Shown one piece after another: positions 1-11,804 of a DNA stretch of 64,000 nt. Under the pieces are notes generated by a model. It made no database searches and was not told the origin of the DNA. It saw only the letters and a list, made by a program, of their open reading frames with translations. Source of the stretch: Nemertoderma westbladi (lineage: Eukaryota > Animalia > Xenacoelomorpha); assembly GCA_032718475.1 (NCBI GenBank), contig JAUCBJ010001241.1, positions 1 through 64,000 on the forward strand, given 5' to 3'. Every line of letters begins with the position of its first letter. Positions within the stretch are counted from its first letter, which is position 1. Position numbers and translations under genes: made by a program.

Positions 1-109
1 ATTGATTTATTTATTATTATTATTATTAAAATTAAAATTAAAAAAAAAAATTAAAATTATATTAAAATTATTTATTATTAGATTAGTTTACTTACCATGT
101 GTATACAAC

Positions 110-660
110 AATGTTTACTATATTATTTATTCTGTGTTGGTTTTTATATTTTCCGTGAGTAGGGTTTGGATCCGTGACTATCTGTGTTACCTACTTTTTA
201 TAATTTCAATAGTAGGATTTGAACCCTGGTTTAACTTACTTTGTATTGGTTTTATATTGGTCGCAAGTTGGGATCGAACCTGTGACCCGCTGTTTATCCT
301 ATTTTGTGTTTACTTTTATATTTTCCGTGAATAGGGTTCAAACCTGTGACCATATGTTTTTCCTAATTTATGTTTAGTTTAGACTAGTTATTCTATGTTT
401 ACTTTTTATATTTTCCATAAAACGGGTTGGGGTCGAACATGTGACCATCTGTTTATCCTATTTTATGTTTAGTTTAGTTACTCTAGTTTTTTCTATGTTT
501 ACTTTTTATATTTTCTGTGAATAGGGTTCAAACCTGTGACCAGATGTTATTCCTATTTAATTTAATGTTTACTTTTTATATGTTCAATAAAACGGGATAC
601 GAGTAGGGGTCGATCCTCTGATTACTGGTTTAACTTATTTTATGTTTAGTTTAGTTACTC
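110..660 (-). repeat. Degenerate tandem repeat (~55-110 bp units), each unit with a B-box-like GGTCACAGGTT(C/T)GA motif on the minus strand
   Basis: Recurring TTTACTTTTTATATTTTCCGTGAATAGGGTTCAAACCTGTGACC-like units near 160, 215, 270, 335, 430, 525 and 605. Confidence 0.7.
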
Positions 661-904
661 TATGTTAAAGTGAATTTTCGCATTATATTTATTATAAAAC
701 ACTTATCTGTTTTACTTACTTTATATATTAGTGACCTACTTTATGTTACAATTATTATTTATATTATAAAAACAGAAATAATGGAGTTAAATTGCATTAC
801 ATGAGCAATAAATTACAATATACGAACTGTTAATTTTTCTTATTCATACTAAATAAATGTTGGTCTTCAAATCAGTCCTTATTGGGTCGAACTACAGTAT
901 AATA

Positions 905-1200
905 ATGAGTGGGCCTATAGATCTGCGGTTTAGGTTTGGTGCCACAATGTTAATGGCTGGCCCTTCTGGTAGCGGTAAAACTACATATTTGGAACAAATA
1001 TTACATAATAGTAAACAAATTTTTGACGCGCAACCATTAGAGATTATTTGGATTTATGGGCAAACTAAACCGGTTATGAAAGGTGTCAATATTACTACCT
1101 TAAGTGAAATTCCGGAAGACTTTAATCAAAATGTAAAAAGACAGAGTATATTTGTTATACTTGAGTTATATTCGTTGATTTAATGTCTGAGCTAGAGAAT
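905..1200 (+). pseudogene. Polinton/Maverick (adintovirus-like) A32-type packaging ATPase, truncated remnant
   Basis: MSGPIDLRF...TMLMAGPSGSGKTT (Walker A), then IFDAQPLEIIWIYG, then a Walker B region IFVIL-(D)DLMSELEN broken by a short insertion at ~1165-1178. This motif order is typical of Polinton packaging ATPases. Confidence 0.75.
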
Positions 1201-1262
1201 TATTATTCTTTATCTATATATTGTAGATTATGTATTACAGTCCCGCTCTCAAAAAGCATTCC

Positions 1263-1344
1263 TTTGATCAAACATTGATCAAACTTTGATCAAACATTGA
1301 TCAAAGTTTGATCAAATATTGATCAAAGTTTGATCAAATATTGA
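1263..1344. repeat. 11-bp-period array of the palindrome TTGATCAA (~7 copies)
   Basis: tttgatcaaacattgatcaaactttgatcaaa... read directly from the sequence. Confidence 0.85.
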
Positions 1345-1441
1345 AATGAACCAGGCTTATAAATCCTGCCATTGAGTTCTACCAAAGGCGCTGTACTTCA
1401 AAGTCTAGATTCCCACTGAGCCGTGTGTCAATCAAACAGCC

Positions 1442-1472
1442 CTCTCTCTCTCTCTCTCTCTCTCTCGCTCTC
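1442..1472. repeat. (CT)n microsatellite
   Basis: Direct. Confidence 0.9.
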
Positions 1473-1630
1473 CCTGTGTGTGTAAAGCTCAATGTGCTCT
1501 GTAGGATGTCTGCAGAGCACACAGGACACCACGTCCATATCATACCATAGGTTTGTACGCTATAGCCGTTATTTAATCCGCACCGCCTAGGTTATAATAA
1601 TTTACAGCGATTAGCAGAAAATAACAGCCG

Positions 1631-1773
1631 CAATTGAATCTCCACTTGGCGGTGTGGTGGTAATGAAAGCAAGGGCGGGTATGGGCTGTGTGGAGTTTAA
1701 TTCTGAGTTACGCAATGTGTTGGTTGGGTGGATGGCTACAATACATTATAATGGGGGGGGGGGGGGGGGGGGG
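1631..1773 (+). repeat. ~140-bp dispersed direct repeat ending in poly-G (copy 1; copy 2 at 3002-3146)
   Basis: caattgaatctccacttggcg...ggatggctacaa(t/c)acattataatg(n) occurs twice, ~1.37 kb apart. Confidence 0.85.
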
Positions 1774-3001
1774 ATACATGGGAGGATACAATAATTGTAT
1801 CCTGGCTGGCCAATGGCTAGATCCTGGGGGGGGGGGGGGGGGTAATATGGGAATATCCCTTGGTATTATTATATCAGTTGACATTGTGGCCTTCTGGCTG
1901 GCCACAAGTGGGAAATACGTTGCTTTCTTGTAAGGAGAAATAATTGATTCGAGTCACAACAAATTATGTCATAGGGAGTACAGGTGTCAGCGGTCTCCGT
2001 GCTATTTGCTGTATATTATTAGCTTGGGGTGCCGACAGCGACAGACCACTAACAAAGTAAAGGAGCATGTGTAATGGCTTTTAGCTTATGCCGCCCCAGC
2101 ATGTAAATCCATTTATCTGCTGTGGAATGGAATTCCCCGAAATTTCGAAATTTACTAAAGGCTTCCCAAGAAATTAGACAGCCAACTAACCCATACACAG
2201 GAGGCGGCCGCGAACCAAAGAGATTGGCCTCCTGGCACTGAGCCGGCCTGGTCGCAAAGGAACTATGCAGGTAGTAATTTGTACTAAACTAATTTATTAC
2301 ACTAAACTTTCTTACTAAAATTTCAACATGGAGGTCTTTTCTGTTTGCCCAAAAACAATTAAACAGACGTTGTATTTGTCTCGATATTAATTACAATTTC
2401 TACCTTATCTCGCAAATAGTGGCGCCAGTTGGTCGCAAATAAAAAAGTTCTCAGCGCGAATCGATGAAATCTACTTTGGTTTGTTGTTTTGGTTAGAAAA
2501 CACAACCCCTTTAACCTACTCCTTTCGATGTATTACATTAATTATTTTGAAACAAATTGTAGCTGTACCAGTAATGGCCCTGTTCTCAGATACACTTGCG
2601 GTGACAGCACGGTGAAATCGCATACTGCGAATCACAGCATTTGGGTTGTTGTTACAGAGATGCGAGTAAAGCAGTTACAGTCAACTGTATGTTCGGTTGG
2701 GTGATGACTTAGCCCGCAAAATGGGAATCGTTTACCCGCAAGCTTTCTTAGCCAGTGGGCAGGGCATCCTTAGCCCGAAAATAAATTGTATTAGCCCGCG
2801 GGAATTGATACTGGACGATTAAATTGACAGACTGGCTTTCTAGTGAATAATGTCTAAAGAAAATAATTTAATAATATTCCAGAGGCTTTATTTCAGAACG
2901 TAGCCCGGAGTTGTTAGTGGGGCCTATTACAAGACTCAGTCTGGTACTGGTACACTACCACAACACTGTGTTGTCATTCTAATAATGATTATAATAATTC
3001 A

Positions 3002-3146
3002 CAATTGAATCTCCACTTGGCGATGTGGCGTAATGAAAGCAATGGCAGGTATGGGCTGTGCTGTGTGGAGTTTAATTCTGAGTTACGCAATGGGTTGGGT
3101 GGATGGCTACAACACATTATAATGGGGGGGGGGGGGGGGGGGGGGG
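3002..3146 (+). repeat. ~140-bp dispersed direct repeat ending in poly-G (copy 2)
   Basis: Near-identical to 1631-1773. Confidence 0.85.
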
Positions 3147-3409
3147 TGCAGGTCCGCAGCTTGTACAATGATATACTGTAGTAATAGTCCACAACAAGAG
3201 AGGGTATGGGATCACTGGGGTTATATTGATGCCTTGTCTTACTGCAAAAGTGAGCAAAAGTGTGGTTTGTCGGCCGGATGGTTAAAAACCTCCATTAATT
3301 AAAAATGAATGAGCATAATTGAATAAGTATTACTAACCCAATTTGATTTTTAATATTAAAAAAATTATAATTACAATACGTTAAACTGAATTAAATTGTA
3401 TATTATATA

Positions 3410-4348
3410 TCTCTATATTGAGCTAAACAACAATTTTATTTACCAAAGTCGTGCGCCATATGTATTCTTTTGTAATTTTTTTAACGCAAAACCTATTTCA
3501 GAAAGGGGGGAAGCACGTACTCGATCTATTAACTCTACATATTTTTTACTATTTAAGAATCCGCGTAATTTAACTCAGATCAGAACCTTAGCCTGAAGTT
3601 CGAAATGAAGTTCGTAGCCAGTACTGCCAATCGATTCGCCATCAAAAATAACGCAAAAAATTTTTTTTGCAAAATTTTAAATTACTGTAAATTTTTGGCG
3701 ACTGGAGGGGGGTCAATTTTTTCGATCCGCTATAACTCCGGAACGCTTTGTCCAAATTCGATGGGGTTTTCATTTTTCAACTTAATTCGATGTCCTCTTT
3801 CAGCCTATCCATGTTTCGAAACCCCAAACAGCGCCGTTCAAAAATTAATTTTTTCTAATTCTAGAATTTTACAAATTTCAAAAAAGTTGCAGTATTTTAT
3901 TAACGCCTTTACGGAATTCGATAGCGTTTTCGATTTTTATATTAAACGCAATATCCTGAATCTCACTAGCCTAGTTTCGCGTCACCAATGCCAAGACTTC
4001 ATACTTTTTGAGGAAAATTTTTCTAGAATAATTTTTATTTAATTACATTTATCGCGATTTCTTATTACTGGTTGCACATGAATTGATGGAGTTTTCAATT
4101 AATTAACTAAACACGATATCGCGCATCGCACCAGCGTGGTTTCGAAATTCCAAAACGAGGTCTTCACTAGTTGCAGGTCGATTTTGTTCTAGAATTGAGC
4201 AACTAATAATAGATCGAATTTATTAATAATTATTGTATGAAATATGATTGTATTTTTACATAATTATTAGTTCTATACTAATTCTCGTTGTCTCTTTTAT
4301 TTAAAATAAAAAGTCGGTTCCTTATCGGGCCGCTAGGCCCGTCACTAG
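3410..4348 (+). mobile_element. Non-autonomous Helitron
   Basis: 3' hairpin CGGGCC-GCTA-GGCCCG (4326-4341) followed by CTAG|T (4345-4349). Candidate 5' end A|TCTCTATATT at 3410. The 3' end is well supported; the 5' end is inferred. Confidence 0.65.
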
Positions 4349-4625
4349 TTAGCAAGTCGTTAGACTTGATTACTGTAAGAATTGTTGACTGACTGATTGA
4401 CTGACTGACTGGCTGACTGGCTGGCTGACTGACTGATCTACAGCCAAAGCTACTCTAACGATTTTGATGAAATTTTCACAGCATCTAGATACCGCGATTC
4501 TAAGATCCCTGGCATGATCGGCTACTCCGTCCATAGCCTCTGGGCTCGAAAAATAGAGATAAACGAAAAAAACGCCATAGGCGCAATGGTAAAATAACAC
4601 CCATGACAGCTGGTGTCCTGATGGA
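4349..4625 (+). mobile_element. Helentron-associated (HINE/DINE-like) element, 5' part
   Basis: TTAGCAAGTCGTTAGACTTGATTACTGTAA head (contains a CAAGTC-GTTA-GACTTG hairpin) followed by a (GACT/GGCT)n microsatellite. The same head and downstream blocks occur inverted at ~62590-62836. Confidence 0.6.
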
Positions 4626-4649
4626 AAATGGCTTATGTAATGCATTCTA

Positions 4650-5400
4650 CACAAGGCTTAGTAATAAATCGATGAGGTTGCCAAGATTATTATACTTAGT
4701 ACACCCTACTGTTTGTTTAGGCCCTACCGCTCTCTGTCAAAGCAAACATTAACTGGTTGATTTAGTTTGTGGTTCTACACAGGCTTAGTATAAATCGATG
4801 AGGCTGCCAACTGGTTGGTTTAGTTTGCAATCTATTACCGCCTCAGCTGAATAACTCTTCCCCCTGCTGAATGACTATTAGGTACACAGTGTATTGGCTA
4901 CATTAATGCCAACATTAATACTGTGGAGGCTGTATGCTTATAAGGTGGAATGTTTACTCAGCCTTATACTGATACTCTGTAAGGCTAAGACTAACATTTA
5001 TAGTTTGAAATAGAAAAATCACTGCATCAGGTATCAGGTTACACACTGTGGCTAAGGCGGAATGTTTACTCAGCCTCATACTGATAATTTGTAAGGCTAA
5101 CACTAACATTAAAAATGTATTGTAAGGTGAATGACATTTAGCGGCTATGATTATTCTCTGGTTACTCACTCTGCTAATGTAAGCTGAATGACTGTTACAC
5201 AGTGTGTTGGCTACATTAATGCCAACATTAATACTGTGGAGACTATGTTTATAAAAGTGTATATTTAATCAGCCACATAATATGATTTTCCATAGGCTAA
5301 CATTATAGTTTGAAATGTAAAAATAAATGCTTAATATCTGTATCAGGTTACACACTGTGGCATTAAAAATGTTTTATAGGTGAATAGCATTTAGCGGCTT
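4650..5400. repeat. Local degenerate tandem duplications (main period ~320 bp)
   Basis: gctgaatgact...ggctacattaatgccaacattaatactgtggag at ~4866 and ~5183; gtatcaggttacacactgtggc at ~5031 and ~5340; ctacacaggcttagta...atcgatgagg twice. Confidence 0.7.
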
Positions 5401-6374
5401 CCCTTCAGAGCATAGGCAAACATTGTTGAGGAAATTTACTTTAGTTTACTCTACTGTGCCATTCAGGTGAATGGATTTGAGTAATTGCCAAGTTACCGAG
5501 TGGAATCTCTCTCTCTGACCATAGGTAAATAACACTTTCCTTCAGACCATAGGCAAACATTGTTGATGGAATTTACATTTGATTGGTAACTTCCGACTTG
5601 CTTAACGGCTTCTTGACGCCGTCTCTAGTTAATGAAATGATGTACTTTTTGCTTAAAAATATCAGCACTGACTTCATTGCAACATTTTTCAAATAAAATA
5701 TTGTGTTCTAGAACAATAGCTAATCGACTAGCTAGTAATTTTTTAAAAGATGATTTATTAAATATTAACATTTTTTTGATTTTATTATACATACCATACT
5801 TACAATCAACATTTAATGTTCTAGAACATATCCCGCATCAAACAAATATTATGTTTTTCTATGGTAGGTAGTATTTTTAATCTAGCTAGTGTTTTTGAAA
5901 AAATTTACAAGCTATATTTAAGCAGTTTTTGACATATATTAATGTTCTAGAACATCCCTCGGCTAAAATTGTATTGTTTATGGTAGCTAGTGGGAAGGAG
6001 CACGGAACTAGTGGGGAGGAATATAAAAAATATACCTTGATTTTAGTTTAGTGGTAGCTAATGTTCTGAAATTAGCAAATATTATTTTCTAGAACACAAT
6101 ATTTTTTTGAAAAATGTTGTGAGGAAGTCAACGCTGGTAATTTATTTCTAAATCAGACATAAGATATGCTTATATATTTCATAAAAAAATTTTTTAGAAA
6201 ATGCGACTGCATGCAACGACCGCACGGAACTGTTCCCGTTGTTGATGTTAGCTAGTGTTTTTTTTCAATATAGCTATTTTAAAAATGTTGCTGAATTATC
6301 CATAACCAGTAGATGTTATTGTAACCAGTAGTAGTAGTAGTAGTATTAGTTATGAACAGTCTAGTCTCACAGTA

Positions 6375-6600
6375 GATTACTTGTACGAAACCATGTTCCG
6401 ATCCTGGCAGAAATTTGGTGCCTGGAACGCCCATTGCACCTCCACATTAATCTGGGATATCCTTCTCTGAATCGTATCCAAGTTTTAGCCAAAGAATTGC
6501 ACTTCTTGTTTTTACAGGCAGATTTCCCTTGTGGTAGTATTCCTACAATTGCGTTTTCCTCGGATTCTAATATTTTGTATATTTCTAAAATATTTGGGTA
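6375..6600 (-). pseudogene. Second Merlin/ISXO2 transposase, N-terminal Zn-ribbon fragment
   Basis: My translation of the minus strand: PNILEIYKILESEENAIVGILPQGKSACKNKKCNSLAKTWIRFREGYPRLMWRCNGRSRHQISARIGTWFRTSNLL. It has the same C..C / (W/F)RC / IS...GTWF layout as the 7756-8031 ORF. Confidence 0.65.
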
Positions 6601-6648
6601 TTTGGGTATACATGGGTATTTGGGCGTACACCCCCACCAAATTTTTTA

Positions 6649-8147
6649 GGCTATAGTTCCGTACGTCCCCCCATTTTTAAAAAGACTTGAATTGCCCGTG
6701 TATTGTCATTTAATGTTATGGAATAGATTTTTTATATTGTACTATTGCATTTATTTGTTTATTACATACAAATAGTTGATTTTTTATAAAAATTACTTTA
6801 TACGGTGTACTGTAACAACTGTATCTAATAGATTACGCAACTGGGTATGCACGTTTTATTGCATCAATTATATACATGAAACTATTCCTACTCTCTTTCC
6901 GCATTTGTCTCCTCCAAAGATACGTGATGATTTTGTCTGCGAACTTATCTGCGTATTCCGAACATTTGGTGCATTCGGCACGTTTATTATATTTCGCACG
7001 TATCTTTATCCTGGTCTTCCGTTTGATCTGCTTTAATTTCTTCTTATGGATTTCGCATGCCTTCTGCACGCTTTCGCAATCACTGCATTCCTCTTGTTCC
7101 TCGTTGATTTTAGTAGTCTTTTCCTTTGCTTCTTTTCCCAGTTTGTTCAAATCCGTTTCACATTTTTTGCAGACACTTCTCAATTTCACAGTTCTAAAGT
7201 AATCCTTTGCTGGTTTCCACGACGATTCTATCCTGTTTGTGTGTGTTCCGTCCTCAGCAACGAAAGGATTTGTCTTTGAGCTGTGATTTACAACCTTATG
7301 CGTGTATTCCAGATTCTCTAGGTCGTTGTACGCCTTCCATAGATCCGTTCGTATCGTTGTTCCATCTTTAATGTGCTTCTTAATGATGGGCAATAATTCA
7401 TTTGCGCTTCTTTTATTATTTGGGCAAAGAATTAACCGTAGGTCCTCTTTTCCGTCTTCTATCATTCCTAATCATCTATCATCCATCTTCTATCATTCCA
7501 ATGTCCCTCAGTCCTACGCCCTTTGTTGTGCTTTCGTTTACCAAATTTACTTTCATCGATTTGCACAATCGTTTCTGGCCCTCCCATTTGTCCCTTTGCT
7601 TCCTGTTCCTCAAGAAATCTATCTGTAATCAATTCTTGGCAGTAATTGTACCAGTCGGCTATACTCTCTTGGGACAATCGTATGTTGTCTGGTTCGTTCT
7701 CTGAATTTATAGCTATTGCTTCACGGCGACAGTAGTCGTAAGAGTCATTGACAGATTATGAGTATATTATATTAAGTACTTTTTCAGGCGCCAGTTTCAC
7801 TCCCTCAAACCATGTTCCCTTTGTTATTGAAATTTCGTTGTCTCTACATTCTCCTTTTCTGCATCTAAATCTTCCAATTCCCTTAGTTTTTTCATTAAAA
7901 TGCATGTCAGTGTGATGCACAGTGCATATCTTTTTTTTTGGAAGAAGATTAACTCCCTGTAACCAGTTAATTGTCGATGTCCTGTCCCTGCACACGCTGT
8001 ACAAATGACGGCGATTGATAATGGAACACATTTTCTCTGCTTTTTTTAGAATGTTCTAGAATATTTAATTAGCGTCGCTCAAGAAACATGGTGTTATGGT
8101 ATAGTAAAAAAATCTCACAAAATGGGGGGACGTACGGAACTGTTCCC
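6649..8147 (-). mobile_element. Full-length Merlin (IS1595/ISXO2-like) DNA transposon, 1499 bp
   Basis: ~29-bp TIRs GG(CT/GA)A(T/C)AGTTCCGTACGTCCCCCCATTTT at 6649 and 8147; perfect 8-bp TSD ATTTTTTA (6641-6648 and 8148-8155); internal DDE transposase. Confidence 0.95.
6833..8031 (-). pseudogene. Merlin DDE transposase (DDE_Tnp_IS1595-like), with one premature stop and one frameshifting insertion
   Basis: N-terminal Zn ribbon CTVH...FRCRKGEC...GTWFE; VQIDESKFGKRKHNKGR; TDLWKAY; HTNRIESSW; YLWRR. In-frame TAA at 7756-7758 and a 26-nt insertion at 7472-7497. Confidence 0.92.
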
Positions 8148-10105
8148 ATTTTTTATACTAATTAGTTTTTGATAATTTCTTTTATTGAAATGTTCTAGAA
8201 AATGTTCGCTATTTGTTTATTACTGTAATGTTCTAGAACAAATATCTTTTTAGAAAAAACTAGAGGGTTGTATTAAAATCTTATGTGTTCGTTATATCAA
8301 CAGTATTTAGTATTTTAATGATTCTCTGGAAACACTATTCTATTTTATAAAAACTAGTTAGTCCTATACACTATGTGCCACTTTGTGCGTAGAAAACGTT
8401 CAGGGGCACTATAGTAGCATAGACCCTATGTGTCTCTATGTGTTAGGTACCCACTTTTTGACCAACTTTTTTCAAATTAAATGGTTTTTATCATAAAGTT
8501 TATATTTGAAATTAGGACAGTGAGATGGTAGATAGAAAATTTGATTTTGTGTTGCTACAGTAGTACTTTTTATTAGCTAGTGAAAAAATAAAAATGTAAA
8601 ATTTTTTTCTTGTAAATATTGCTGTTATCATTGCTTTTATTGTTTCTACCATAACTTTTACTAGCTATTATCATAATTTAGTTGAGGAATTTCAAAATAT
8701 TAAAAAAAATTATTTTATTCACGTATTATAACCATCCCATGCTTTTTAAATACAAACCAGGCTTTTGTCTAACAAATGTTCTAGAACAAATAATATTAAT
8801 ATTTAACAATAAATAATATTATTTATTTATTATGTTATTTACTAGTTAGTAGATAAAATTTTGTGGGGGTGTACGCATACTGAACCAGTACCGACTCATA
8901 ATGTTAGCTAAATATTTCAACGCATTATAAACAAATTATAACATAGTAGTGCCCAATATAATACAGAGTTCTAGAAAATAATGTTGTGTTACCATGCATA
9001 CAACTCAAATAACATTAATTAAAAAAATTAAGTTGTTTTTATTTTTTTTTATAAAAAGTAGCTACTATATAAAAACAATAGCTACCATCAAAAACACTAA
9101 CTACTACAAAATTTAACATGTAATGAGTCCACAATAATTAACCAAAATAAATAACCAAAAGCAGCCCAAAACAGCTATTTAAAAAAGCTTAATAATGGTG
9201 ACACGGGCTACACTAGTGCCACCCCCTCGATCAGCTAATCAAAGAAGTCATACAATAAAATTATAACATTTCAAAAATTGCTAGCTACCCATGTATTTAA
9301 TTTAATATTCCGATGGAACACAACGGACACAACGGACACAACGCCTATTACAATTGCTATTTAATTAAAGCAATAATACCAAAAAATGGGTGTTTGAAAT
9401 ACTTTTAATTCGAAGCATTTTAGTTACTATGGTGACATTTTGTAAAACGAGCCATAGAATTAGGGTCTAGGCGAAATGGCTGGGCGTGAGGGGGTCTGCC
9501 ACCGTCGGGTCCCACGAGAGGAACCGCCCTCGGAACCATGGTGACGCCATCCATTAACTTGGAAGTTGAATCCTAGTGCGGAATTTTGTTGTTTAAAACA
9601 CGTAATGATTTTTTTATTGAAAAATTATTGTCCATAATTATATAATCGTTCTCATGTAAATTAATTTTAACTACCTAAACAATTGATGCGTACATGACAT
9701 CAAAACATGGCATACGTGACATCAAAAATTGTCAATTTGAATTTTCAAATTAATTATTTTAAAAAAAAATTACGTTTTTCAGGTGTCCATAGGCAACAGT
9801 TTTGTGTAACCCATTGTTAACAGGAAGGATATTATATAAATGTTTCGTATTAAAAATGTTTTACAGTGACCGCATTTTTAAATTTTTTCATAATAGAACA
9901 CTTTCTACTATGTGATCTCTTTTGCCGGACACCATAATAATACTACACCATTAAACGACTGATACTACACATTTTCAAGAATATGGAGATATAACACGAA
10001 AAAATTAATACATTTCCCATACGTGCGATAAACTTTACTCACGTTTTCCATTTGGGAATGTTGGTTCACAATAACAGCAAACAAAATTTTTGTGGCACTT
10101 TCTGG

Positions 10106-10293
10106 TTTCATATCGTAGAAACAATTGCTCTTTCTAACCATCGATATCACGAATTTTCCAAGCTAATTGAAAAATTCGACAAATCTCAAATGTGTCCCGT
10201 ACGTGACATTTGAGATTTGTCGAATTTTTCAATTAGCTTGGAAAATTCGTGATATCGATGGTTAGAAAGAGCAATTGTTTCTACGATATGAAA
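10106..10293. repeat. Perfect 88-bp inverted repeat with a 12-nt spacer (fold-back)
   Basis: 10106-10193 is the exact reverse complement of 10206-10293. Confidence 0.95.
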
Positions 10294-10478
10294 TTGGTCA
10301 ATATGGTTGGCCTTTGACCGACATATATTTTACAGATTTAGATACTTGAAATTAGGATTATTTCTAGTTCATTTAAAATGTCTCGCTAAAATTCCCAAAC
10401 ATTAAAAATATCAGTCAATGAAATGATCCTAGAAACGGTTTTCCCGGAACTCGATTAATAATATTATCAGTCACATAA

Positions 10479-11804
10479 CTGTTTCTCGAACTTATTAAGA
10501 AGGGCTTATCGCCCTTGTTTGTAAGGTGCTTACTATGGATATACGTTAACCAATCATGTACCGTCAGGTGGAATAACGTTTCGTCTGCTGCTTTTAATGT
10601 TTCGAATGGAGTTAGACAGGGGTCTGTAGCCTCACCTACCTTTTTTTGTATCATTCTGAACTTACTTATTCATAAGTTAAAAGCATCTAACGTTGGGTGT
10701 CACATTGGTATACATTATTTCGGTGCGCTTACATATGCAGACGACATATTGTTATTGTGCCCATCTGTAGTAGGTTTACAGTTCATGGTAAATATTTGTT
10801 TAGAATTCTGTAGTAAGTATAATTTGCGGCTCAGTACGGACTCAAACCCAAAGAAATCGAAATCAAAATGTATTCCATTTAATTTTTCATGGAAACAACC
10901 ATTGTGTAATATCATGGCAAACAATAATGTACTTCCTTGGGTTAAAGAGGCAATGCATCTGGGGAATGTTATAAATTTCAAAGGTACAACCGACACCGAC
11001 ATAGACCGCAAACGCGGCGCATTTATCGGGAAATTGGATAATCTAAGAAATGAATTTCGATTCGCAGTACCCAGTTGCATTACTAAAATACAGAAATTAT
11101 ACTGCACAAGTTTTTACGGTAGCCCAATATGGGATTTATCGTCAGATAATTGTAGAAGAGTTCTTACAGCGTGGAATAACAATGTCAGATGGGTTTGGGC
11201 TTTGCCTTATAATAGCCATAGGTTTATTGTGCAACATTTAGTTAATTTTCCTCACCCTTACAGTATGCTTCGTAAACGGTTTATTAAATTTAAAGACACA
11301 GTGCTGAATAGCGATCGGTTATGTGTAAGATTATTAGCTAATTTAACCATGTTTGATTGTCGGTCAATTTCAGGTAGGAATTTGAGACGAATAGGTAACG
11401 AATGTAATATTTCAGACCTAAATTGTATAACACCAATGTTAGCAGGCCGTTTATCGTACGTTGAAATTCCGGATGAACAGGAATGGCGTCCGTTAATTTG
11501 TAACGAGTTATCATTAGCAATAATTAATGAATTAACGGTTCCCGGTTTCAGCTACGATGAATTAGTATATATGCGCAATTACGTTGCAACGTTCTAATAT
11601 TATATTGTCTGTTGACTTGTTCACTAGGTACGTTTAATGCTTATTCTGTACATACATTTATATATCTAGGCCTCTTTTGTGCTCTTAATTTTTGCTTCAT
11701 TTTTTTCCTTCTTTTTTTTCATACATACATACATACATACATATATTAATCTGTCTGTACTATTGTGTTTTAATCAATATGTACGATAATAATAATAATA
11801 ATAA
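10479..11804 (+). mobile_element. 5'-truncated non-LTR retrotransposon (probably CR1/L2 group; clade not determined)
   Basis: Uninterrupted RT C-terminal ORF 10515-11597 with GVRQGSVASP and TYADD, KYLG-equivalent MHLG, a 3' UTR with (ATAC)n and an (AAT)n tail at ~11787-11804. Confidence 0.9.

Larger units (their letters stand above)
6614..8886. mobile_element. Older Merlin-like MITE that hosts the 6649-8147 insertion
   Basis: Inverted pair GCGTACACCCCCAC(C/A)AAATTTT at 6624 and ~8855-8876; the right end reads GGTTCAGTAT... on the minus strand. No TSD is visible. Confidence 0.5.

Noticed and set aside
2-334. Hydrophobic 110-aa ORF
   Set aside because: Translation of low-complexity AT-rich sequence and tandem repeats.
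8405-9220. MITE bounded by GGCACTA..GTAGC inverted 14-mers
   Set aside because: Only 12 of 14 bases match, the match does not extend, and there is no TSD.
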